A stretch of DNA of 64,000 bases from Octopus vulgaris. Lineage: Eukaryota. The stretch is from NCBI GenBank assembly GCA_951406725.2, contig OX597815.1:170562001-170626000 (forward strand), in the 5' to 3' direction. Shown here piece after piece: positions 52,131 to 64,000 of the stretch. The position numbers and the translations under genes are program-made. The notes beneath the pieces are model-generated. The model did not search any database. It was not told the origin of the DNA and saw only the letters and a program-made list of their open reading frames with translations. Positions within the stretch are counted from its first letter, which is position 1, and every line of letters begins with the position of its first letter.

Positions 52131-52475
52131 AACGACCCAAGTGTGGGCGTGGTTTATCTCGACTCAGCCAAGGCCTTCAAAATTAATGATCGTCCGATGG
52201 TCTGTCACAAACTGTGCTGCAAAACTAACTTTAATACTGACTTTTTAAATGACCATAATTTGACAGGTATTGTGCTGGGAAAACTACTGTTTTTCGTGAT
52301 TTTTTCAGCCACACAATCAACCAATGCTGTCAGATATAATGATAATGCAAATGTATCGCAGATAGTCAAGGAACCTGATGACATCCTAAATCTGAAGAAA
52401 AACATGAATGCGATATACAAATGGAATGAAGAAAATATGCAGCTCAATGTTGAGACGTTTCAGCCAATCTCATAC
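52128..52475 (+). mobile_element. Older RT fragment related to the adjacent LINE, opposite orientation
   Basis: VVYLDSAKAF...MVCHKL...DFL...GIVLGKLLF...SATQ...YNDNANVSQ...IYKWNEENMQLNVETFQ aligns to RT motifs 3-6 of the neighbouring ORF2. Confidence 0.8.
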
Positions 52476-52523
52476 ACACGCACATATATATACACGCACA
52501 CACGTATATCTGTGTTGTTGTTT

Positions 52524-52594
<71 letters not shown>

Positions 52595-52876
52595 TTGTGA
52601 AATGGTACAATGTATATCCGTGAGTGTGATTGTCATGATAGGCTTGACATTGAATTCACCTATTTAATCAAACAAACATCCACACATTCTTTATTTTAAA
52701 TCAGTCTTATTCATGTCATAGAAAGAAATCGAATTGTTCCCAAATATCTAGAACTTCTCACATAGTTTCTTACCGTAATTGTAAACCACATTGTTGAAAG
52801 AAAAAATATATACATACAAAATTGGGAACAAAACGCCATTATTTTTCTTTTTTCTTTTATTTTCTACAGTATACAC

Positions 52877-53028
52877 TGGCTGTGTGGGAAGTAGCTTGTT
52901 AACGAACCACATGGTTCCAGGTTCAGTCCCACTGCGTGGCACCTTGGGAAAGTGCCTTCTACTATAGCCTCGGGCCGACCAAAGCCTTGTGAATGGATTT
53001 AGTAGACGTAAGCTGAAAGAAGCCGGTC

Positions 53029-53124
<96 letters not shown>

Positions 53125-53350
53125 CATGTGTGTGTATATGTCTGTGTGTCTGTGTTTGTCCTTTCCCCAACATGACTTGACAACTGATGCTAGTGTGTTT
53201 ACGTCCCCGTACCTTAGCGCTTCGGTAAAAGAAGCCGATAGAATAAGTACCGCGCTTACAAAGAATGAGTCCTGGGGTCGATTTGGTCGAGTAAAGGCGG
53301 TGATCCAGCATGACCACATTCATATGACCGAAGCAAGTAAAAGAGAAAGA
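52877..53350 (+). mobile_element. Near full-length SINE family B with expanded internal (TA)n(TG)n
   Basis: Colinear with 41964-42369. Confidence 0.92.
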
Positions 53351-54325
53351 GATACCAAAGTCTATTTCAATGTTCTTGACCAGTTAGATGCAACAACTCC
53401 AATGGTTATGGTTAATCATATTGACTTCCGTAGTGTGTTCACTGTGCTACTTATTTATATGTAGTTTTGCAGAACAGTTACGCGTACTTTGATGCAAGAT
53501 CTTCTACAAAATTTCCGTTCACCAAATTCTACTAACAAGCTATTGATCAACTAGAGGTGACACTAAATAACACTTGAACAAGTTACTGCGTATTAGGATC
53601 GTACCCAGTGATTTTTGTTAGATATATAGCCAATATTTGCACCGGACAGCATAAATATCAGATGATTTAGTGTACACAGTTATATTTTGGAGGGTCACGA
53701 TGCTTTATTGAGGAGAGAGTCTACATAGTTGCTCGACAGCAAGGCAGAGTAGGCAATGCTCATGTGTCTGTATGCATATATATGTTAATGAAAAGTCTAT
53801 ATGTGCCTGTATGCATATGCATGTTAAATAATAACGTACGATGGATAATTGTCAGTCCATTACCGCTGTTTCTCACGTAACATTTTAATTGAAGACTGTA
53901 ATCATGAGATGAGAAGTAATTTTACAAAACAAAGAATATCCAAGAATACAGAAGGGATGCGTCTCTCGAAGTCAACTATAAAATAGGAGAATGACCAAGT
54001 ATGTTGACAGTTTAGGTTAAGAATGTGGTTCCTGAAAGTGTGTAATTTGATATGTAAGATCAGTGGCTCGGATGAGACTGGAGTGAGTTGTAAGAAATAA
54101 TTTATTATAGTAGGCTATGAGTTGTGGTAAGGAGGGGTCATAAAACAATTAAGGCTAAAGGAAAAAAGAGAAGATAAATAAATCAAACGTAAGGGTGAAG
54201 GAAAAATAAAAGAAAAAATAAAAGCATAGGAAACGATCAGGTATAGGATCGGTTACACAGCAAGAAATTGCAGAACCGCCTTTCTCGGACTAATAGAGAC
54301 TACCATCACGTGTGTGTATGTATGA

Positions 54326-54376
<51 letters not shown>

Positions 54377-55486
54377 TGTGTGTGTGTGTGCATGTGTGCG
54401 CGTGTTAATAATGTTTCTTTGGAATAAACTTTGAGTAGATATCACAAGTCCTTTTCATGACAGTGTCGGAATTATGGCTTGTGCATATTAAATGCTTTGT
54501 TCAACTTAATCTTACTGTTTCTGTTGTTCAAGGAGAAGCAAATACATATAGATTATCCATTTATAACAAAATAACAGTTTTTAGTAGCCATAATCTTGTT
54601 CATTCTGTAGTTTGACAGAAGTTAAATTCAACAAGACAACTAATAAGCAGACAGAAACCACAGTCGATCCGATAGTACTCTGCTTAGATTAAAACTGGAC
54701 TATATTACAAACTCATTTCGCAGAAGGATTTCGTGTCTTTCCAAGTTATAGATATAAACTGACTGAGATTCTTAATTCTAATTCTACGGTTTGCTGAATA
54801 TAAATTCCAGTTTTGAACAGGTAATCATCATTTTTATAAAAGGTTCCTAGTAATACTACGAAATCTTTTATCTTCAAAGAGTATTTCAAATTTTATTAAT
54901 ATTTACTAGATTTGTATTAACAGGTGTTCGTGTTCTGCAAGAAAATCAGCATGTGAGAAAGTAAAAGGAATTATAACAATTATATTATACATGATATCAC
55001 TTTCTTATATGTACGAAATGTACAAACGAGAAAAAAAATTAAAGAGATTATATTGCTGTATAAGAAACCACTCGAATTTGAAAGGATTTAACTTAAGAGA
55101 AATTTCTGTTGAATTTCTACTATACATTTATTCTGATAAAATGCTAGCATGCATTTAGAAACTTTATATACTTTCTTTGATATCTCTCCATTTCTCTCTC
55201 TCCCTCTCCCTGTCTCTCTCTGTCTCTCTCCCCACACACACATATATGTGTATATATATATATTTTGTTTTAAATATATAATTATAAAATAAAATTATAC
55301 CAGCGCCTATACGCTACAAGTAGATGTCAAATACCTACAATCCATTCTCTGTTTATAACTCTAGGTCAGATGCGAGGTATGGGGCAAACAGAGTTTCAAA
55401 ATTTCGGATAATCCTATATCCTAAGATTTCATGCTCCGCCATAGAAATTGATAAACATATAAACAACAAATACATATACATATATA

Positions 55487-55528
<42 letters not shown>

Positions 55529-56805
55529 TATACTTGATGTATAAGGATAAAAGAAATATTTCCAAGATAATTAAGCATTCAATTGATAGCACCTCTTTGA
55601 ATTCCAATACTTTACTGTAAAACTGGAAGAAAACTGAATATTCATACAATATCTGCAATAACCACTGTTGAGACTAGCATATTTAGAATAAAGAGTAGAG
55701 AAACATGTATTTAACAAATAATTCGTGTCTCAATTATCTTATGCAGTCGTTTCAATGGCAAAAAGAATTAACTAAATAATTAAGTAAATAATTCCGTAGA
55801 TATAGTTCCTTTAATATGCGAGGTTACTCATATCGTCAGGGGCTTTTAAAAAAAAAAAAAAAAAACTGATTGGAAACGGAATTAACAACCTATTTCCTTT
55901 TCCATTTTCATCTTCAACATGCATGCAGTGCAAACAAAATAAAAAAAGAAGAGAAAAACCTTGTGACATTAGCTTTTCAGCATTGCTTCATGTTAGCTAC
56001 ACGTTTCATATTATTTAGGGAAGACTAATTTACATCTGTCTAATGTTCATAACGGAAATAATTGAATTATACAAAAGTTAATAAACTTTTTGACATTCCC
56101 TGTGAGTATTTTTTTACGTGAAAAAAGAACCATTGTTATAATCGAATAACACTTTTTATATCAAGGAAATACAAAAGATACGACCAGGAAGAGAGAAAAT
56201 AACAGAACTCCTCCATTTCTTCCTTATTTTCATTTTGACGCAGCATGCCACATTGTGCAATTAATATGGTACCAGTATCAATACTAATTTTGTATTACAA
56301 TCCACATTTCGAGAATCAAGTGAAGGACAGTTTGTTGGCTGTAGCTCTTTGTCTGGGAAGTGGTGTTTGGACTGTTACCGACATCAGTTCATTGGTGTGT
56401 GTTGCGCTTGTGTATACTTGCCTGATGTTTGAGAGTGTGCGTATGTACCTACTTTGTGCGTACGCGTTATGTGTGTTTATGAGCTTGCGACATCAGTTCG
56501 TTGGTATTCGATAGGTACGTATGCGCTTATATGCGTGATATAGTAGATGCTGTGCTTACGTGTTTGTATGCGTGTATGTAATGTGTGTCTGCGTGTGTGC
56601 ACATGCAGTTGTATGTGCACACATACGTGTGTATTTGTATCTGTTATCCCTGTCTGTATATGTGTGTCTGGTGTATGTATTGCGTGCTTTTAGTATGTGT
56701 GTGTGCAAGCGTCTGCTTATAGATCCCTGTTGTGGGCACATGTGCGTGCGCGTGTGTATGTTTGTATATATATATATATATATACATACACACACACACG
56801 CACAG

Positions 56806-56995
56806 TATATAGTTGGAATTTACAAAAATACAAAAGACGAAGACAGGTGTGTAAACAACTAACAGGTATATTAGTTTAACTCTCGAGAAGGTGAGGCAGT
56901 CTTTCACATTTTGAGCCTAAGCTCTTTAACATAAAGGAACAAGAGAAAATAAACAGAGAGAGAATAAAACAGCCTTAGAGGCTAGCGGTCGGTCA
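56806..56995 (-). mobile_element. Penelope-type terminal repeat fragment
   Basis: Reverse complement matches 8398-8515. It includes the degenerate hammerhead stem II gagc-ttag-gctc. Confidence 0.55.
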
Positions 56996-57061
56996 TGCCG
57001 ATAAACAAACATAAGTTTGTTTTTGAAGCTTTGAAATGTACTGTAGAACAAGTAGAAAGAT

Positions 57062-57420
57062 ATATTTTTTTCAACACATGAATACTGAACAGCATATATA
57101 TATATATATAAGGGATAAAATCCTTTTAAGAGCAGAAGAATTTGCTAGCAACCAGCCGTGAGGATCGAACTCATACCCTCCAATATCCGGATTACATATG
57201 ATGTAATCTATGATACCTAGCGTTTCTGGACGACTTTATAACTTCAAAAATTGCAGAAGAATTTGCCGTTCAGCAGTTTAGCTTAATATCCTCCAACAGG
57301 ATATTGGAGGAGTGTCAGTTCGATCCTCACGGCTATTTGCCGGCAAATTTTATTGCTCTTAAAAATTTTTTTATCGTTTATATGTACTTTTCAGTATTTA
57401 CGTGTTGAAAAAACATATAT
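57062..57420. repeat. Long imperfect inverted repeat with tRNA-like B-boxes in both arms
   Basis: Arms about 57062-57188 and 57299-57420. gttcgatcctcacggct occurs at 57318 and its complement agccgtgaggatcgaac at about 57154. Confidence 0.75.
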
Positions 57421-57427
57421 ATATATA

Positions 57428-57549
57428 CAACAAATAATTAAGGAATGACCCTGAGAAGGTCGTTCGACTCACTTGAAAAGAGCAGCTAAACTCAAAACCG
57501 CAAAAATAGTCGAACGACCTTCTCAGGGTCATTCCTTAATTATTTGTTG
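57428..57549. repeat. Perfect 42-bp inverted repeat with 38-nt spacer
   Basis: caacaaataattaaggaatgaccctgagaaggtcgttcgact (57428-57469) is the exact reverse complement of 57508-57549. Confidence 0.95.
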
Positions 57550-57639
57550 AATATATTATATAGTCTGTGACTATCTCTATTTTCTCACTTGACCGCTGGT
57601 TGCAGAAAATTTTTCTTGAATTTTTTGTTACCCTTATAT

Positions 57640-57678
<39 letters not shown>

Positions 57679-57924
57679 CTATTATGTTTAAACTTCGTAA
57701 AATTTTTACAAGAGGGATTTCAGAACCGTCCGTTTATGCATTGCTCACTGATAAGCGTCAAACAAAAATGTCCCCGTAACTTTCAATACTTTCTATCTTT
57801 AAATATAATAAATTATCTACATATACTCGTGTATCTTGTTCCATTACTCGTGTTTGTTTGTAGCAGGCCTATATGATAGATATGTAGAAATAAATATATG
57901 TACACACACACAAACACACACACA

Positions 57925-57980
<56 letters not shown>

Positions 57981-59284
57981 TATGTATATATTTAGCGCCA
58001 ATGCTTAAACCAATACACAGACATATATGAACACATGTCTTGTGTATGTACTCTGCTTAGGTGCAATAAAAAGTAAGCGAATTTTGGCATCATTTTGATC
58101 CCTCTTCAACAGAAGCATCCTTCACCAATTTCTCTCTGCAGAGTGACACGCAGCTAATGAATTTATAAGCTCACCAAATATCAGTCAATTGCATATTCCG
58201 ATATATTTTTCATAAAATCATAGTTTAATGATAAAATATTACGGTGTTAGTAGAAAAATACTGTTTCTGAAATAATCCCACTTAATATAGAATTCAATGT
58301 GTTATACAGAAACAATAAATAAATTTAGAACGAAATGAATTGTTGTTCATAGAATCCATGTAAATGGTAAATGCGTTTATAAATATACTGTCATATTTGG
58401 AGAAGGGAACATTTATGAAGTCGTTACTTAGAAATTTATAATTTTTTTTATTATATTTTTTCCTCAAAAATTATGCATGCAATTTCTGCTCGACACAACA
58501 ATTATGGGTTACAAGTAAATACTGGATACGTATATGAATTATGTGCAACATTACGAAATAACGATAATAAAGTTATTTTAAATTTATCTGAAGTGTCTTT
58601 TAGAAGTGAGTATGAAGTAGCAAAACATCTTAAAAGTGATAGTTATTGAAATGAATGTCGCTATTTGCAGGATTTCTACTTGGTTTGATTTAAGCCTTGT
58701 GAATGAAAGAGGGCAGACGGAAATTATGTGGAAGCCCGTTGATTGGATTGCAACTGTACTTGGGTGGTAGACTTAATTAGTCATTCCGTTTAATGAACCT
58801 CTGGCGTTTAGGTTATCCTTCATAAGACAACTTAAACGCATGCTTTACGACAAGGTATCCACTTTATTTGACTCAATTTCACACGGCCGGCATAAATATC
58901 ATGATCATTTCCTTGCTTCTCTGATGAATTTAAAAACCTCTTCACGACTCTACTTATGCAAAGAAAAACATGAGAATTAGCGTCCTTTTTTTGAAAGTGA
59001 GTAAATTATATAATAATTCAATAAATTCATGATAAAATCATTGATATTTCGCACTTAATGATTTATATTTTCCTAATGATCCTACACTACCGATCGCGAT
59101 GTCGATACACAAGATATTAGAGGTAGACTGTTGTTGAATATTTGATATTTCAAAAATTTCAGTGACTCATACCCAGGTTAATGTTCACTATTATAAGGGA
59201 ATCATAGAAAAGAAATTAACAGCATACACCTAGTTACATTACATTAGGATACGAAGAACCTTGTTTTTAGTATATTATATACAA

Positions 59285-59438
59285 CTTTACATTCTCAGTT
59301 CAAATTCCCCTGAGGTCGACTATGCTTTTTCATCTTTTCGGGGTCGATAACTTAAGTACCAGTTGCGTGCAGGGGTCGATCTAATCGACTGGCCCCCTCT
59401 CCAAAAATTTGGGGGCCTTCTACCTGGAGCAGAAAAGA
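59285..59438 (+). mobile_element. 5'-truncated SINE family A
   Basis: B-box, core and type-1 tail are present. Confidence 0.85.
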
Positions 59439-59479
59439 GTATGTTATCTAAAATGAAGTTTTTGTACAAAACTCATCAT

Positions 59480-60095
59480 TATCATAAATGTTTCTTAGCT
59501 GATGCTTTCATAGTCAACTGTCGCCACTGGTCTTTGGGCTCCGTCACGCGTAGTAGGTTCGCTGTGTTATGGCTTGTCCAATTCTTGATGTTGTCAGACC
59601 AGGATTTTCTCTGCCTGCCTCTCTTTCACCCCAACTTAATAATTCTGTACAGGTAGTTGTGGGGGAGATACATGACCGTACCAACCAAGCTTTCGTCTTC
59701 TTTACCTACCCAAGGAGGAGATCCAGTCAGTCAGCGTATTTGTTGACTGGCTGTCTGACGAAATTTTTAGTTTTGTGCTCCGTGTACAGGATATATGATT
59801 TCTTTATTCCGTGTACAGGATATATAATAACCTGAAGCATTTTCATTCAAATGCCTGGATTCTTTTCTCCGTATTAGCTGTCAGCACTCACAGAAGATCG
59901 AAGTCATCAGGGTCGTGTACGCTCTGAGTCTTGCTGGATAACTAATGGAATTGCTTCGCTATATGTTGTTCAGCTTCATCATGGCAGCAGAGAGTTTTCT
60001 TATCACCCTTTGAATTCTGCCATTCTTCGTGTAAGTGTATCCTAGGTACTTGAAAGTGTCCACTTCTCTCCATTTAGCATGATGATGGTTGTTGT
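59480..60095 (-). mobile_element. Decayed RTE-clade LINE 3' portion
   Basis: IMLNGE..DTFKYLG, RIQAFE.KC and KRGRQRKSWSDNIKNWT...WR read across frameshifts. Confidence 0.75.
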
Positions 60096-62169
60096 GTTTT
60101 GGTTGTTACTATCAAAGGGGAGTGGGAGTTAATATAAATGTGGACATTGCAATTTGACTAAATTAGCTATGTCGCATTTTTTGGGGCCTTGGGTCTATCA
60201 TGACAGAAAAATTTTGATTAATAATTTTCCAGCCCTGACCATTACGCCTCTTTTTAATATGTCATTGACTACATTGCCCATTACGTCCCGTCTTCTTTAT
60301 AAAGTTGGGTTTTGACTAAGTCAAGTGACTGTGTAATAGGCTATTCTTTGAGTATCCTACATAACTGAGTGTTATGTACTCCACGGTGGATTTAAGATTT
60401 ATCTAATATACAGAATTCTGAATAATTGATGAAGAAAATTATCTTTCACTAAAATTCTTATCCAGAATCATTAGGTACATGATGCGCTACATCGAACATA
60501 ATATTTATTCAAAGATGTAAATTCATTCAATTTACACATATCCCCGACATCCTTATTATTACATGGTTTATATGCAACACTAGTTTTACCCCTTCCAAGG
60601 GCTCATTAGATATCTGAACAATGAATATCCCCTAGAAAGAGCTAAACTAATATCACAATATGTAAGGGATAATTTCATGTTAAAAATATTGATATAATTG
60701 TGCAAAATTCAAGAACGAAATAAAAAAATAATTGTGTAGCAAAATAGGTAAAGGTAAATACACCATAGTTTACTCAGAGAAGCAGTTTATATCTCCAAAT
60801 CTAAGTTTCTGATAGGCCCCATACAGTAAAATTAGCTGGAGAAAGTAGTCAACGAGTATTCGTTGGAATCACATGGTTTTTGATTAATTAACATAAAATA
60901 TTTATTCCTGGTTAAATGTCTGTTCAAACATTAGTAATAAAAACGATGATAAAATAAGCCTGTCGGTAAAATTATATATATCAAAGAGAACATGTAAAAT
61001 TATATTTCTTATTGAAATATGATTCTTATTTCATTGGAGTTTATTATAAAAAGGTGGGAACATTTTTTCAATTTAACGTAAATTCAATATCTTTACACAA
61101 CTAAGAAATTTTGGAACAAGTTACTTATATTTCATGTTTCAAAACATAAAAGAATTAGTTCATGAAATAATTTTATTAACGGAAAAATACATTCCTTTGA
61201 AATTATGTTTTTTTTATGCTTTTTGCCATTTTGATAGCTGACAACCTGAAAGTCTATGAATATCATATACACTTACATACATGTATAGATACACACACAC
61301 ACACACGCATATATGAGTAAATATAAAATAGAAAAGAAAGTGTGTGAGTGTTTATATATATATATATATATATATCGATGCTAGATGTATGGAAACTATT
61401 GTCGTGATTAATAATAAATTCTCCTATCTTCCAACTTTCATTTGCCATATAGATATGTTTGTGTGTGTGCGTGTGACATAGAGAGACAGACAGACAGACA
61501 GATAGAGAGTGCGTATGTATGCGCATGTATGAATGAAAAGAGTGAATAGCCATCAGTAGGTAAGAGTATGGTGGAATATATCTTTGTAAGACAAGAATCT
61601 CATTGAATATCAAAAGGTTTTCTTTTTCTCAAGTGGTATCAATGGGTCATTTGAAAGAAAATAGCGACATACTCTAAAGATAATAAATAATTCTAGTGCA
61701 TGCCAAGGGACAAAAACACAAGTTTACAATAAAATGAAAAGATAGGAGTTAGGTTTGATATACATTTATGGATGTATTTATTTTGTGTTCCATTAAAGAA
61801 TGTCGTCTATTTCTTTTGTAATTGGCTTTTTAAAATTTTATTCTTTATTTTTGTTTTACTACAACAATATTTATACTTTTGGTATTTGTATCTTGTGTGG
61901 CCTTGAACTCATGAACCAATCGATAAAGAAAGAACCATATTTATGCGAAGACATATAGAAGAGAGGACATTCAGAGAGATCTGTCAGTCCCTTAAGAGCA
62001 ATCTAACCGCTGATTTACAGTTGTTGAATCGTATTTATCTATATAATTATTCATTTAGGTAATGATATGAGAATGAAAACGTAGAAACTTAATACTTGTC
62101 GAACGGCACAGAAACAAATGCAGCAATTTTTAATTAAAGCCTGTTTTCCATCTGACATAAATTTGCACA

Positions 62170-62170
<1 letters not shown>

Positions 62171-62206
<36 letters not shown>

Positions 62207-62409
62207 ACATACAAACACACACACAAGAATGCATACATAACAAACATATATAGATAGATAGACAGAAAGACAGACAGGTAGTTAGATAAATAGATTGATA
62301 GATACATACATACATGCATACATACATACATACATGCATACATACATACATACATACATACACATACATACATACATACATACATACATACATACATACA
62401 TACATACAT
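62171..62409. repeat. (CA)n, (GATA)n and (CATA)n compound microsatellite
   Basis: Direct inspection. Confidence 0.9.
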
Positions 62410-63038
62410 GAAATAAAGGAGCATATGTTTAAAAGCGAAAATATTTTGGGCAAATTATTTTACAGAAGGTATCGCTCAGCCAATTGCTCGTCCTTTCCTT
62501 TCTTCATGAGATAGGGAAAACTAATCCAAATAGCAGCCGATCGGCTATTACACCCGTCTCAAGTGTATAATTATTTATTTACAAATCTTCTGATCAATCA
62601 AAAACTGGCTGTCGTTCACACGAAAGTACCAAAAATAATATTGTGTACAAGATATAATTCGGAACAAGAGATTGGCGATACATTTCTGTTAACGCTGTAG
62701 TCGTTTGTTACTTCTGCAGTTAATATTCAGTTGCTCGGATAGTGAATACTTTTCATATTGATGCTCGCGGAATTCGTTTTGTGCAAGCAAAAGTTAACGG
62801 GGAAAACGGTGAAAGAAAATATTTTGATAGTAGTTATCATATCGGAAATTCAAATGTATGATTAAGATTCTATTATGTTTAGCAGAAATACTATTGATAT
62901 GGAAAGTGGAAGAATACAATGTTATGTAGAATAATTACTTCGGAAGTATGGTCAACATTATTCGGCATGCAATAGTGTCAAAATATTTACTCAGTGTGGA
63001 AACATTTGGCACATACTAAAAATGACGCCAACATAATC

Positions 63039-63346
<308 letters not shown>

Positions 63347-63767
63347 TATTCATGCATATAGAGACATAGATATGGATATATAAGAGTACTTGTATGTGTA
63401 TGTGATTCTATATGCATGTACAATAAAACTTCTTCACACAGACACATTAAAGGAAATATGTCCCTTACACTATTGCATGACAACAGAAAATCTGCTTATA
63501 ACCTCGAAGGACCGATATCGTGTGTAGTGTTATAACTTATACTATGACAAAAGATATAAATTCTACTCAAGTAAACTAGAATTCTAAGATAATATGAACG
63601 TAATGAATATAAAGCTAGCATCCACGGTGCCAAGTATAATACATCAATTTTTTCAGTTCGGAAGTGATTTAGACAGGATACTGCAATGTCTGTTGGGAAA
63701 CATATATAATGTTTCCTATTATATTTCAAAATTCTGTCAGTCAGTCTGCCTGCCTGTCTGTCTGTCT

Positions 63768-63846
<79 letters not shown>

Positions 63847-63859
63847 CATACATGCACAT

Positions 63860-64000
63860 ATGGGTACAGAACATCACCAACGCTGCAAATAACATGAAAT
63901 ACGTAAACAACGAGAAAAACGGAAATCAGGACAAGTTAACATAGGAAAAGGACCATTCATCAGTTGTTGGCTGTTTATGGGATCAAAGACAGTCGATCCC
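63860..64000 (-). repeat. Unclassified dispersed repeat related to 14040-14295, cut by window edge
   Basis: Shared motif described for the 14040 copy. Confidence 0.4.

Noticed and set aside
51783-52667. 294-aa plus-strand ORF as a gene
   Set aside because: It is a chimera of antisense ORF1, (TA)n, an RT relic and (TG)n. Only the RT part has homology and is reported separately.
57280-57340. Functional tRNA gene
   Set aside because: A B-box/T-arm is present but there is no convincing D-arm or acceptor pairing. SINE heads elsewhere are likewise tRNA-derived rather than tRNA genes.

Overview
This is AT-rich, repeat-saturated eukaryotic non-coding DNA, most likely intronic or intergenic. The two dominant tRNA-derived SINE families and the dense (TA)n/(TATC)n/(CA)n microsatellites resemble octopus (coleoid cephalopod) repeats; that assignment is from memory and was not database-checked. 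I find no credible host protein-coding exon, RNA gene or CRISPR array. Nearly every ORF in the track is a microsatellite translation or an antisense shadow of a transposon. Supported content: (1) one ~3.6-kb, 5'-truncated, frameshifted CR1-like LINE (48497-52076, minus) with a CCCH zinc-finger ORF1 and an APE+RT ORF2; (2) two Penelope-like RT relics plus several Penelope-type termini, some carrying minimal hammerhead-ribozyme cores; (3) RTE and other LINE relics; (4) about 15 copies of SINE family A, several with perfect 12-19 bp TSDs and modular internal repeats; (5) SINE family B, whose 3' end matches the LINE 3' end; (6) several long inverted repeats. The most interesting signals are the LINE/SINE-B shared double stem-loop with compensatory changes, a putative -1 slippery site at the LINE ORF1/ORF2 overlap, hammerhead motifs (one nearly intact, one inside a foldback element), a ~210-bp local duplication inserted into a SINE, and two near-perfect hairpins. 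These are mobile-element biology. I cannot establish a wholly new system from sequence alone.
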